DNA of 64,000 nucleotides from Octopus bimaculoides (lineage: Eukaryota). The notes under the pieces are model-generated. The model searched no databases and was not told the DNA's origin. It was given only the letters and a program-made list of their open reading frames with translations. The stretch spans positions 7,331,559 to 7,395,558 of the forward strand of contig NC_069000.1 of NCBI RefSeq assembly GCF_001194135.2, given 5' to 3'. The stretch's first letter is position 1. Every line of letters starts with the position of its first letter. Shown one piece after another: positions 50,842 through 63,754 of this stretch. Made by a program: the position numbers and the translations under genes.

Positions 50842-53800
50842 TACACACACACACAAGTGAATACTCAGATGGATGTCCTGACTTTATTTCATGCATTTTG
50901 TTGTTTCTGAGCAAAACACATTATCCAAGTTTGTCTTGACTTCACCTTCTATTAGCAATGGATGCCAACTTATATGGGTGCATCCTCTACAGAAAACTAA
51001 TTGCCTATTCAGGAGGAGATATAATGCTCATTTGCTAAAGTCCATACATATGCTTATATGGGGACTCTTTCATGGTATCAGTGATATTTGAATTTCCAAT
51101 TACCCTATTTTCTGTCCTCTGTCCCTGGTTCTGTGCTTCTTCCTTGTTTGTTAGTTCAAATCACAATATGGCCAACTACACCTCTCTTAAATGTTAGGCT
51201 TCCATTTTCTCATTTATTGTGACATACAACAGCTTGATGTTTGGATGTCCTTGTACCTGCTATTATCACAGGCATCTGCTAGAGTTGTTGTTATTGTTTA
51301 ATCCCTGGCTATCCGTCTGCTCAAAAGACATTCCAACCGTGGCTGTCTCTTTTTCCAGAATAAGTGTAATCAGAGTTACATTATTCAAAGTGTCCAATTT
51401 AAATTTTGTTTTTTAATGTTATCTTAAGTAAGGGAGATTTGGCTGTTGTTTCCAGCAGATGGAGCAACCATATAGAGAGACTACATTGTTAGCTGAACAG
51501 TTCTTAGTGGATGATCACAGTGACCTAGTTGGAAGCACTCTCTAATGACCTTCAATAACTTAATTTCCATTTGTTTTAACATGTCTAAGACTTTGTTCCT
51601 GTGTCACAAGATTATTCTCTCCATCCTGTCTCCTTCGCTTGTTTAGGTTTCTCTAAATCCTTCTCAAATCAACTCTTGTTTTTCTTCTTCCAGGCAACAC
51701 CAACACACTACAACCACCGGCACACACACGATTGTTTTCATTTCTTTCTTCATCTATCACAACTACTTCTCTGAATCTGTCACGTACAAAGTCTTATCTT
51801 TTCTATTAGTCTATCCACCAAACCACCACACTCTTGTATGTCCATAGTTTACCCTTGGGTACACTCTATGCAATCTCTGCCTCCCCTTTTTCTGCATATC
51901 AAGCACAGCTATTTCCTTGATGTCAGCACAGTCCTGTCTTCTTTCTTACTTATTAATAGTTATAATACCTAAAGTGAACCCTACACAAATAATTACAGTA
52001 TATAAAGTAGATCTTCTGATAGTATTTCTGTAGTAAAGTGAACCCTATAATACTACTAGGAAAGTCTCTAAGGTGGACCCTATAATTGTATTTATAGTAT
52101 CTACAGTGGCCCCTATTATAATACAGTTATAGTATCTGAACTGACCTTTGTTATACTTTATAAACTGACCCCTATTTCATACTGAAAGAGCCATGTCTGT
52201 TGGTAGGTATTTCAGTGAGATCAATATTTTAAAACTGGGTTAGATACATATGCTTACCTGATACAATGGAGCAATGAATAACATTTAGTCTCTTTCTCTT
52301 TTACTCCCACCTCATACACAGCAACAGCTGTGCCATAAATAGACTAAAGCTGTATGACTGGTTGTGTAGGAGGCAGAGGAGGAGAATAGCATATGTCAGA
52401 ACTTGTAGTGACAACATGTTTATGTTACAACCTGGATAGAAATTACATGTTATTAGAAGCAGGACAGTCATCCACAGCACTAGTAACTTTAAGACAGGGT
52501 TGATTGGTCCCTTACCTCTGCCTCTAGTTCATCTGATGACCTGACCTGAAGGCTGGTGGATGTACTTTAGAGCTCTGTTTAAGAACTCAATGATGTTTAG
52601 CTCTGAGTCAACCCTAATCAGCTGACCTATAATCAAAAATATTCCAGTCGTGACCACCCCATCTTTTTGGGGTTATGTCTATGACTACATTATCCAATAT
52701 TTATATATAAAATAAGATATAATTTGAAGGTTTGGCTGTTATTTCTAGCAGGCTTAATGATCCTGTTGCGGCTACCTAATTGGTATGACTTGAATAGGTG
52801 TGTTGGTATTGAGTAGTATCCACCCACCACCATCACCTTTCCCTAAACACAAGCTTAATAATGACAGTTATTTTACTAAATTCTACATTATTTCAAAAAT
52901 TAATTGGAACAAAGGTAGTTTTTCAATTGAAATATAACAAAAGGACTAAACCAACATAGCAGGTAACTGCAGTAGAACTGGTGGTGAGCTGTGGTAATTA
53001 ACAGGGTGGCCTAACAATTCTTGTATGGGGTGCAGTGGTTTTCGACCATTTTATACCTACTGGACCTGCATAGCCATTCAACGTATATAAAATAAAACCC
53101 CATTATATTTTTATAATTAAATATTACTAGGAATTGTATATAAAAAAAAATTAAAATATTTTGTGTGTTGTAGAGGTATAACCAATTTATTGCACATATG
53201 TTTTAACAACAAAATCTCATTTGGACCCCCAAAGGTTATGTACACACCGGTTGAGAACCACTGGTTTAGTGGAACCTTAATGGTATGCATGGCTCAGTCG
53301 TTAGAACGTCGGGCTCACAATGACGAGATAGTGAGTGCAGTTCCCAGATTGGGCTGTGTATTGTGTTGTTGAGCAAGATACTTTATTTCATGTTGCTCCA
53401 GTTCACTCAGCTGTAGAAATGAGTTGCGACATCACTGGTGCCAAGCTGTATCAGCATTTGCCTTTCTTTGGATAACATCGGTGGCATGGAGAAGGGAGGT
53501 TGGTATGCATGAGTGACTGCTGGTCTTCCATAAGCAACCTTGAGCTGACTTGTGCCTTGGAGGGGAACTTTCTAAGTGCAATCCCATGGCCATTAGTGAC
53601 CAAACGGGGGTGGTCTTTACAAATTTACCCTTTAATGGCATGAAACTGACAGTGAATATAACTAGAGGGGAGAGGTAAAGAAAAAACCCAGCTGTACAGT
53701 GGACCTGTTGTTTAGCCCCAGCTGAGCCTTTCTTGAGCAGAGCTTTGTATAATCATAGACATTCTAACCATGACCATCTCTTCTTTTTAAGGCGTCTTGT

Positions 53801-56198
53801 ATTTAATACTGTTTTACTGAGTGTAACTTTAGACATAATCTTTAGGACAGTATAGATTATTTGAAGATAAATATGGCTGTTATTCTTGAGTTTTAGTGAC
53901 CATATTGCTTCATGGGATGATGATGATGATGATGATGCTGTGGCATTCATTTTTCTGTCCGAGAATGAAGAGGAGGAGCAAAAAGAAAACATCTGACAGA
54001 GTAATGGGGAGAGTAGATGAATAAAGAAAGATTAAGTGGATTAGATCATTCCTCCCACTTCCTCTTTGCTAATAACCCACAGTTGCTGGGTTACATGGGA
54101 AAAACACAGATTGTAATGGTGAGGGGAGCAGGAGAAAATCAATACCAAAGGATAAAAGCTTAGGTTTATCTGTGTAGGGGTGGAGAGACTGTTATGTTGT
54201 GGTCAGCTGAGGAGAGGGTGCTGTGTCCTCTCATATCTTCATTTTCTACCACTACTACAACAGTCTCTGGTGTTGTTAAACCAACAGACTGTGTTACAAT
54301 AAAGCCAGACCTACCTAGTACACTCACTATGTGGTCTCTTGCCATGCTAGAAATAACAACCAAATTTCTCTCAAATCACACACTACTGTCTTTTTAAAAA
54401 AGGAAGGATATTAGATAATGTAATCTGAGTTAAATGATGTCTATAATGACAGGAATGTCTTTGATCATAGGTTTGTATGCTCAGGGCAAACCTGGAGCTA
54501 AACAAAACTCTATTGTCTGTCTGTCTCTCATACTCACTTGTTCACATGCACACACACACACCATAATAAATCATCCTCATCCTCATCATTTAACATCTTC
54601 CATGCTGGTATGGGTTTTCACCCAATCCTTTTTCCTCTCAACCATAACCCTCAGCACCCCTATATATAATTGTTTGCAAACACTGACCTACACCAGTTTG
54701 AATTGAACCTCAATACCTTTGATGTGACTGATAACTCTGTCCAGTGAATCTTTTTCCCTCACCTCACCAAGGACTTTTGACACTGGACTTTCTTCACTGA
54801 CTTCACCAAAGGAGTAGATTCAAATGTTAGGAAGACTTGCTGTGTAGTAATGCTAGTGTACTTGGCATTTGTGTGTAGTAGAAAGGTCAGCTATGTAGTG
54901 TTACTGAGTACTAGTCATGTATAGTAATGCAGGGCATTGGATGGTCAGTTGTGTATAGTAGTGTTGGGTACTATAGGTAGTCGGCTTTGTATAGTAGTGC
55001 TGGTTACAGTAGCTAGTGAGCTGTGTAGTATCACTCAATACTAATTGACCATGCATAGATGTGCTGGGTACCAGGTGCATGTTGAATCCTATTGAAATCA
55101 CCCAGATGAATCTAAAACTACTGTCAACTTTGTTCTTTGTTCCAGCAAAACTTTAACACAGACTTTCTTTTTTCTCTGCAGGTTCTCTTAGCAGCAGCAG
55201 TTTGTAACAAGAGTGGCAAAGGTAAGTTACTTCAGCTTTACTCATCATCATCATCATATCAGGTACATTCTAGAATAATTTGAACTGACGTTTTATCACA
55301 AACATGATGATGATGGTAATGGTATACTTTACCAAAATAATTATGTGAGTAAATTAAAACTTTAATGAGGAAATATAGAGTGTATTGGTATATCATGAGG
55401 CACATCAACACTTCTCTACTCTTGCATAGATGCCAAAAACTAAACTGGGCAATTCTTCTTCCTCTTGTCTAACATCTATGAACTTTGATCCGGCCTACCA
55501 CATATCACTTCTCATATACAAACTTCACATTGTTCTCCAAGGCACAAATCTCTCGATCTTTATTCATAGTGCATCTCTGTTAACCAGGTTCAAATATTCA
55601 GAAGGTGGTATCCATGCATGCATATAGTCTTCCTACCACTCACCTCTCTTGGGTATAGGTTAACAGAGACCTCCAGTTTTGCCCCCTCCACTCCTCCAAG
55701 CACAACTCTTCTAGTCTCCAAATTCTTCCAATCTCCACCACAAACAACAACAACAACTCTGGCTGTATCTCTTCCTGCGTTAATGACTTCTCCCTTCATG
55801 CTTGTCTGACCACATGTTTCTAGGTTCAGTCCCACTGCACGGTACCTTGAGGAAATGTATTCTATACGCCTAAGCTGACCAAAGCCTTGTTAGTGGATAT
55901 GATAGAGGGAAATGAAAAGATTCCTGTTGAGTGGAATTTTGCCTCCCTCCCCCATCACCACTTGACACCAGCGTTGGTTTGTTTACATCCTCATAACTTA
56001 GCATTTTGGCAAAGAGACTGACAGAATAAGTAGTAGGAATTTTTAAAAATAAGTACTGGGATCGATTCTTTTGACTGAAATCCTTCAAGACAGGGCCCCT
56101 AGCATAGCCATAGTCTAATGACTGAAGCAAATAGAAGATGTATATATGACTATAGTAACAAATCAATAACTGACATTTAATACTGCTCTTTCTATGTA

Positions 56199-56237
<39 letters not shown>

Positions 56238-56651
56238 GGTGTTGTTTGTGTAGTATCTAATTGATAGATAAGAAAATCTATATTAAATGTGTGTGTGTGA
56301 GGTCAAAGGTTAAGAACACTTCTCTCGCTTTCCATATTGTAGCCGTAGCCGTTACACAATGCACCATCAGATATATGAATTGTATCTAAGAAATTAGTTT
56401 TAGTTTTGTTCTAAAACGATGGTTGGTAGGTCTTATCTGTTTGTGTGTGTGTATGTGTATGTATACATAAATATATATTGAATGTGTTATATATACACCC
56501 AAAGTGGTTGGCATAAAGAAGAGCATCCAGCTGAGAAATTATGCCAAGGCAGACACTGGAACATGAGGTAGTCCTTGGGCCCATCAAATCCTGTCAAACC
56601 ATCCAAGTTACACCAGCATGGAGCATGGACATTAAACAGTGACAATGATGA

Positions 56652-56699
<48 letters not shown>

Positions 56700-59600
56700 T
56701 GCAAGAGAGGTGACTGTGCTGGTATAGTCATGTTATGTATGAAGACAGCTGTGTGAGGAAGTGCCACCTTCTAAGTGTAGAAGAAACCTGAGGAAGAGGT
56801 AGACCCAGGAAGTCATGGGATGAGGTGGTGAAGCATGACCTTCGAACATTGGGCCTCACAGAGGCAGTTGATTAGATTGACTTCAGTATGCAACTGGTAC
56901 TTAATCTATCGACCCTGAAAGGATGAAAGGCAAAGTCGACCTTGGCAGAATTTGAATTCAGAATGTAAAGACAGACGAAATACCACTAAGCATTTCACCC
57001 GGTGTGCTAACATTTCTGCCAGCTCACCACTTTGTTTTGTAGAATGATATATTAAGGAGCAGTTTTTTTTTAATGAGTACTATTGAATTACTTGAGAATG
57101 TGTTTATATGGAACAAATGTTAAATGATGATGATGTATATACAAATATATGTAAGTAAATACATGCATAAATATATATTGAATGTCTACTTTCAGCCATA
57201 ATTTCTCGACAGTTTGTCGAGATGACAAGGGCCCGAATTGAAGGTCTTCTGGCTGCCTTCCCCAAACTAATGAGCAGCGGCAAACAACACACATTTGTGG
57301 AGACAGAGAGTGTAAGATATGTGTATCAACCTCTGGAGAAACTTTACATGTTACTTATCACTACAAAAGCCAGTAATATTCTTGAAGACTTGGAGACCCT
57401 TCGCCTCTTTGCTAAATTGGTAAGTTCCTTTGGCAGAATTCTGCTTTATGCATGGCATATAATGCCTCAATACTTATTTGTTTTTGGAATTTTCTGAAAA
57501 AAGTTTTGCAAATTTGTGTTCAACACATGGGAATTCATACGGCTATGCAAAAACCTCAAGAAATTTTTTTTGCGTGATTTAAAGAATGTTTAGCTGTAAT
57601 TTTCAGTACATTTCACAACCACCTGATACCTTCCTTGTTTGTTTGTCACTCTGATGTTTTGATGTTTTGCAATATCTTACTCCACATAAACACATTTAAT
57701 AGTCTAATGCTAAGATTTAAGCCAAAAATTCAGTGTGTCCATATTTTAAACTGTGATTTAAAAACGAATTCGAAAAATTAATAGAAAAGTTTTTTTAATT
57801 TTGAAAAGTTTTTTAAAAATTGTTTTTTTTTTTGTATAGTCATATGAATTCTCATGTGTAGAACACAAATTCACAAAAATTTTCTGAAAATTCCAAAAGA
57901 ATGAAGAAGCTGTGAGGTGTTATATGCCATGCATAAAACAGAATTCCACTGTTCTTTTCATTTAACTGACATGTTAAGTGTTCTTTGTAAGGAAGTGCAA
58001 TTCTGTGATGATGGGCCATATTGGCAGTTAGCCATGATGTCTGTGAGTTTAGATAAATCATGGGGAGAAAAGAAACCACTGAGGGCTCAAGAATTATTTT
58101 GTTTTTTTATGTCATTACCTCAAGCTGGGAAGTGGGCAACTTCTATAACTTCTGACCAAACTTCCAAGTATTTTAAAATGGCAGAAAATGTATTTTAATG
58201 AATAAATTATCAGATATGAGTTTCTATACAGACAGTATTTCAGCATTGATTCAATACAGTGATGAATTAGTTCGTTCCTTTTGTTACTTCTATAGAAATA
58301 ACAATAATATACACATGTGTATGTATATGTATGTGAGGAGGGTTGCTAGAAACCCAGCAGGATTAAAAACAAGACCTGTTGAAAGCTCGGATGGACTTAG
58401 TGCAGGCCCAATGGCTATCTAGCAATAGCACGGGTACGCAGAAATTCCGGGATGGTGTCCGGCATGCTGAAAAATCACTGGGGGTGAGGTGCCCCTCAGC
58501 TTTTGTTGAAGCATGTCTCTAGGAGAAGGTCACTCTGATATAAAACCAGATATGCAGGGAATGGCATTGGACATTTTGGGGATCTTTGGTTTGTGCTAGA
58601 GATCATGGCGCTCCCACATCTACTATTGCCTCGGGTCGACCAAAGCCTTGTGNNNNNNNNNNNNNNNNNNNNNNNNNNNNNNNNNNNNNNNNNNNNNNNN
58701 NNNNNNNNNNNNNNNNNNNNNNNNNNNNNNNNNNNNNNNNNNNNNNNNNNNNNNNNNNNNNNNNNNNNNNNNNNNNNNNNNNNNNNNNNNNNNNNNNNNN
58801 NNNNNNNNNNNNNNNNNNNNNNNNNNNNNNNNNNNNNNNNNNNNNNNNNNNNNNNNNNNNNNNNNNNNNNNNNNNNNNNNNNNNNNNNNNNNNNNNNNNN
58901 NNNNNNNNNNNNNNNNNNNNNNNNNNNNNNNNNNNNNNNNNNNNNNNNNNNNNNNNNNNNNNNNNNNNNNNNNNNNNNNNNNNNNNNNNNNNNNNNNNNN
59001 NNNNNNNNNNNNNNNNNNNNNNNNNNNNNNNNNNNNNNNNNNNNNNNNNNNNNNNNNNNNNNNNNNNNNNNNNNNNNNNNNNNNNNNNNNNNNNNNNNNN
59101 NNNNNNNNNNNNNNNNNNNNNNNNNNNNNNNNNNNNNNNNNNNNNNNNNNNNNNNNNNNNNNNNNNNNNNNNNNNNNNNNNNNNNNNNNNNNNNNNNNNN
59201 NNNNNNNNNNNNNNNNNNNNNNNNNNNNNNNNNNNNNNNNNNNNNNNNNNNNNNNNNNNNNNNNNNNNNNNNNNNNNNNNNNNNNNNNNNNNNNNNNNNN
59301 NNNNNNNNNNNNNNNNNNNNNNNNNNNNNNNNNNNNNNNNNNNNNNNNNNNNNNNNNNNNNNNNNNNNNNNNNNNNNNNNNNNNNCTCTCTCCTTTCTCC
59401 TCCTTTCTCTCTCCTTTCTCCTCTCCTTTGACCCCCCTTCCTTCCAGTTTTTATTGTCCAGCCATGCCAAACCCTCCTAAGTTGTTCGACGGAGGTTATT
59501 TACTACAGTCCTGAAACTGCTGTGCATTACCCTCGTCCTCCATTCTGTTACAGACTCAAGAGAAAGAGGCTCGTGACACAATGATGAAGAAGGCTGAAGA

Positions 59601-61746
59601 ATTACGCCGCATGAAGACAAAAAGTGGTGGCAGCAACATGCGGTCACCTGGATTTGGTGGAGGCTTTGGTAGTAACAGCACTGGGGGTCGTATGGAATCT
59701 CCCATTATTGATACCACTATTAATGACACTGTTAAATCATCATACACTGCTCCTAGGTAAGCATTTCTAATTAACCCTTTTGTTATTATATTTCGCTGGT
59801 AAAATAAAAATCCTTTGTTTCAGTTAGGTTTTGAAGATTACAAAGAATTTAGGAAAACAATTTTGTCATTATTAAACTGGTGTTTGCAATATAATTTTAA
59901 TATGAAGTTTTGAGGGAAGGTTTCAACCTTTAGCATGCTTAGGTACATCATGTCCATACGAGTTTTCCCCCTTGTAGCTGCAGGTACATTGTATCGCATT
60001 GAAAGGGGAGAAAACTTGTATGGTGACATGATGTGCCTATAGCATGCTAAAGGTTAGTTTACACATGCGACAGTCTCTGGATGACTTATTAGAAAAGGAG
60101 ATTATTATTTCCTCACAGGATGAGGTAGGATTGGAAATTTGAATTTGAAATCAAGCAATATAGAGTGTATACACACACACATATTGGATTTGTTCTTTTT
60201 TTATTATCTATGAAGTTCTTACAATTTATAGCACTATTTTGACTGTTTTAAAAATCTTCAGCATGATTTGACCTCTAAATTTGTTTATTTGATATACTAA
60301 GAAGAGAGACATTACAGTAATATCAAAGATGAAATTAATTATAGACAGAAGGAAGTTGAGGGAATTGAGAAGTTGAAGGGAAAACAGGCTGTTGTAGTAG
60401 CAATAGAATAGGATAGACGGAGGATGTATATCAATAATTGGGGAGTATATGTAATTGTCAGTTAGTGGATGAGTCTATTGTACATTGTGAGGGGATTATT
60501 ATTACCTATGTCTATCTTGGCTTCAATTCTGTCTCTCTTCTCTCCACAGCAAACCATTGGGTCCAAGTAAAGCGATGAAACTTGGTAGCAAGACTAAAGA
60601 TGTTGATTCTTTTGTGGATCAACTCAAATCAGAAGGCGAGAGTAAGTTGTTTTCTCTCTTTCACTCTCTCTCTCTCTCTCTCCCTCCCTCCCTCATACAC
60701 ATACTCAATTTTTATCTTCTGTCAGCCTCACTTTCTTCTTTTAATACAGATATCTATTGAACAGATTGAGATACAGTAACCCTCCACATATAAACTTGGG
60801 GCTATCAGTGACAAAATTGGTAGAGCATCAGGCAAAATGCTTTTTGTTATTTGATCACATGTCTTTAAATCCTATCCTTGTGTCTTGGTCTTCACCATGG
60901 ACACTGCACAATGCCAACTGTTGGACATTAACCCCTAACCTAATGTTACACCCAGCTGTAATAATGTCATCAGAATGGCCTCTACATGGTTACTTGACGG
61001 TCTAGAAATAGCAGCAAAATCTCCCTATTATCACACTCTACTATCTTAAAAACAAAAAGACACATTGGTTAATGTTGACCTAGATATTCTTTGTTTGAAA
61101 ATAATCCTGGATGGTCATATCTGGAACATCTTTTACCAAGGTGGTGGTGGAGAGCTACTCTAGTGGCTGAACTGGGTTATACAACAACACATTGAACTGG
61201 TTGACTGTAGATGTTGATATTGTTTGTATTGTTTATTTCCAGCTGTCACCTCAAGCAACCATTCCTCATCTACTATAAACAAGGTCTCTACACCAGCTGT
61301 TAACCAAGAAAGGTAAGTACCCACAACTACTACACCTACTACTGTTACTTGCTAACATTGAGGACAGAGTGTATGTAAGTATTCTCTTTACTGCCTGTCT
61401 ACTGAGACAGCAGTGTATGTATGCATACGGTTGTGTGTATCACCCAGACTTTCAGATGTTGTACACCACTGGTCATAATGCATACCCAATTCTCTCTTGA
61501 TTGTGCCATTCTTTTCCACCTCGTTTTATGGAATCCATTTCTCATCATTGTGGTGGTCTTCAGACTGGCCTTTTCTGATCCCTTGGATACTGCTCAACAA
61601 CTGCAAAGATCCACCTGTTGTCTGTGAACTTTGCAACATGCCTGACTCAGTGGGAATTGTTATTTCAGTGTTCTCAGTAGACTCCATCCAACCCATGCAA
61701 GCATGGAAAAGTGGTCATTATAATGATTTTATACATGCATACATAC

Positions 61747-61820
<74 letters not shown>

Positions 61821-63754
61821 CCTTCACTGCAAAATGATATTATTCGTAACTAAGCCATATGTTTGTCAACAAATTATATTTTCTCTTGTTGAGCTCTAGA
61901 TATTTCTTTAATTGTTAATGTAATCACAACAGTGCAAATTTCTGTGATTTAGTTTTGACTCTTTAGATGGACAAGCAAAATAAAAAAAAACATTAATATC
62001 TGTAAAATTTTTCAAGTAATTGAAGCTAAGTTTTACTCTGTTACTGCTCATGTTCTTTGAAGTAAAAGACTGATAGACCATTTTCGTTTTCAACAGAATG
62101 ACTTCCTGAATGTCATTGGTCAGTCGTAGCTTTGCAGATATCATAGTGATTACTAGTTTAAATACCAAAGCATGGTTGGGAAGCAATTATCTAAATTAAT
62201 CAGTAGAATGTGTGTCGTGGCTGGATCAGGTCTGACCAGAGTTTTAGGTTCAAACGGAGACTACTACATCAAACCATAAATATATTTTTGTTTTTGTTTA
62301 TTTTTTTAGTGTCCATTTGCGAATAGAAGAGAAAATAGTTGTACAAGCTGGGCGTGATGGTGGCTTACAGAATTTGGAAGTGTTTGGTTTAGTGAAGTTA
62401 AAGGTTACAGATGAGAAGTTTGGAAAAATCAAAGTTGCCGTTTTGAATAATGATACCAAAGGAATTCAACTTCAGGTAAATAGATTTACATTCAACATTA
62501 TTGTTATAAATTATTATTATTATTATTATTAACCCTTTAGCATTCAGATTATTCTGTCAAATGTAATATTTATTGATTCTTATTGCTTTGAATTATGTAT
62601 TATCTTTTAGTTTTGAGCTTTTGATGATGTGATTGTTTATTTTTAGAATAACATTGTAGGGTAGGTGTGATAGGCTAGATCTGGTCAGTTTGAACAAAAT
62701 AGGGAGAATATTTTGACTAAATATGGTCGGTTTAAATGGTAAAGGGTTAAACCCATTTATGCTTTACACATCCACACTTTACAGAAACTGAAATAAATTG
62801 GTCAAATCTTTGGGCCAGGTATGGCCAGTTTAAATGCTAAAGGGTTTTTAGTAAGCTGGCAGACTCATTAGAACATCAAGAAAATTACTTACTGGCATTT
62901 CCCCTGGCTCTTCTAAGCTCTGAGTTCAACTAGCCCCCCTCCACCAAAATGTCAGGCCTATTATTATTATTGTTATTATTATTATTTTTTTTTTCTGAGG
63001 CAGTAAGCTGGCAGAAACATTTGCCTGCTGGGCAAAATATTTAGTGGTATTTTGTCTGTCTTTATGTTCTGAGATGTGATTCTTATTTTTTATTGCCCAC
63101 AAGGGGCTAAACATAGAAGGGACAAACAAAGGGTTTAAGTCGATTACGTCGACCCCAGTGTGTAACTGGTACTTATTTAATCGACCGCGAAAGGATGAAA
63201 GGCAAAGTCGACCTCGGCGGAATTTGAACTCAGAACGTAACAGCACACGAAATACTGCTAAGCATTTCGCCCGGCGTGTTAACGATTCTGCCAGCTCGCC
63301 GCCTGAGATGTGATTCCACCAAGATCAGCTTTGCTTTTCATCCGTTTAGGAGTCCCTGTAATTAATTATTTCCCTCTCTCAAATAGGGTCAACTTTGGCA
63401 ATGTTTCTACTGCTGGATGCCCTTCCTAACACCAAAATTAATAAAAAACATTGTTATTTTTATCTTTTTGACGTCCTTTATCTAAGACAGTACAGTACTA
63501 GCTGGTCCAGTGATAATGTTTACTCCTGTATCATTGTTGTTGTGAAGGGTATCCTTTTCCACTTCCTTTAAATGTCTTTTTTTCTCTCTCTCTCTCTTTC
63601 TTAAAGACCCATCCCAACATTGACAAGAAGTTATTCAGTACTGCATCCTACATTGGTTTAAAAAATGCTGAGAAACCATTTCCTTTACACCAAGATATTG
63701 GAGTCTTAAAATGGCGTTTCCAGACACAAGATGAGGCTCTCATTCCTTTGTCAA
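44929..63754 (+). CDS. ARCN1: Coatomer subunit delta (archain), 3'-partial; exons 44929-44931 (ATG only), 55182-55221, 57196-57419, [expected exon not visible], 59554-59756, 60550-60641, 61243-61312, 62310-62475, 63607-63754, continues beyond window
   Basis: Spliced protein [89 protein letters not shown] ... [19 protein letters not shown] ... [24 protein letters not shown] ... [26 protein letters not shown] ... [10 protein letters not shown]...[20 protein letters not shown] closely matches recalled delta-COP; GT-AG junctions with consistent phases. Confidence 0.96.
46835..47346. mobile_element. Fold-back element with about 185-bp inverted arms
   Basis: aaggatattatt...taatttacaataatatcagtggctagcatg...aaagaaccataaaggcaaaattattaattaat...cacttgtacacaag is mirrored at about 47160-47346. 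Confidence 0.88.
47652..48164. mobile_element. Two TTAA-flanked MITE copies in inverted orientation (47652-47879, 47938-48164)
   Basis: First ttaatcctttagcattcag...aatgctaaaagggttaa; second ttaaccctataacatttaaa...tctgaatgctaaag is the reverse-oriented family body. Confidence 0.8.
48690..49150 (-). mobile_element. Decayed RLE-type (restriction-like endonuclease) non-LTR retrotransposon fragment
   Basis: Minus strand yields PDIVIK...KKCLLI...[33 protein letters not shown], resembling the PD..D...EK..KY.DL..E..RMW RLE domain. Confidence 0.65.
49388..49830. repeat. 28-bp minisatellite, roughly 13-15 copies with polar decay
   Basis: Unit caataacctgttgatccaagcttttagg; most conserved at left, degrading rightwards. 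Confidence 0.9.
53033..53263. mobile_element. hAT-like MITE
   Basis: Ends cagtggttttcgacc and ggttgagaaccactg are imperfect 15-bp TIRs of CAGTGGTT type; no clear 8-bp TSD. Confidence 0.6.
53283..53640 (+). mobile_element. tRNA-derived SINE with CORE-like central domain
   Basis: A-box-like ggctcagtcgttag head, then ttgagcaagatactttatttcatgttgctccagttcactcagctgtagaaatgagt. Confidence 0.6.
56750..56870 (+). mobile_element. RTE-like LINE 3' fragment
   Basis: Translates [25 protein letters not shown], typical of an RTE 3' terminus. Confidence 0.6.
57436..57946. mobile_element. Fold-back element (about 120-bp inverted arms) adjoining an ARCN1 splice donor
   Basis: gaattctgctttatgcatggcatataa (57436) versus ttatatgccatgcataaaacagaattc (ending 57946), 26/27 complementary; pairing continues inward through ggaattttc...tttgtgttc..cacatg.gaattcata. 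Confidence 0.85.
58653..59385. other. Assembly gap (733 N) inside ARCN1
   Basis: N-run. Other gaps near 15239-15525, 18591-18983, 27667-27676, 28398-28502, 32333-32342, 37100-37109, 38368-38670 and 39407-39668, most flanked by (AT)n. Confidence 0.98.
62529..62750. mobile_element. TTAA-flanked MITE (piggyBac-like), best-preserved copy
   Basis: TTAA-ccctttagcatt ... aatggtaaaggg-TTAA: TTAA target plus CCC/GGG terminal inverted repeats. Confidence 0.8.
63083..63302 (-). mobile_element. Young SINE family A copy nested in an older SINE, 14-bp TSD
   Basis: CTGAGATGTGATTC at 63069-63082 and 63303-63316 flanks the insertion. Confidence 0.88.

Noticed and set aside
50300-51420. Possible LINE endonuclease remnant or nested gene in ARCN1 intron 1
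   Set aside because: Only vague similarity, short ORFs and no coherent splice structure; needs tblastx.
53283-53360. tRNA gene
   Set aside because: tRNA-like head continues into a SINE body and lacks a complete cloverleaf; the same applies to other SINE heads.
58000-58085. Possible C/D-box snoRNA (GTGATGA...CTGA) in an ARCN1 intron
   Set aside because: No tight terminal stem and no rRNA/snRNA antisense element I recognise; such boxes arise by chance. A snoscan/Infernal hit would revive it.
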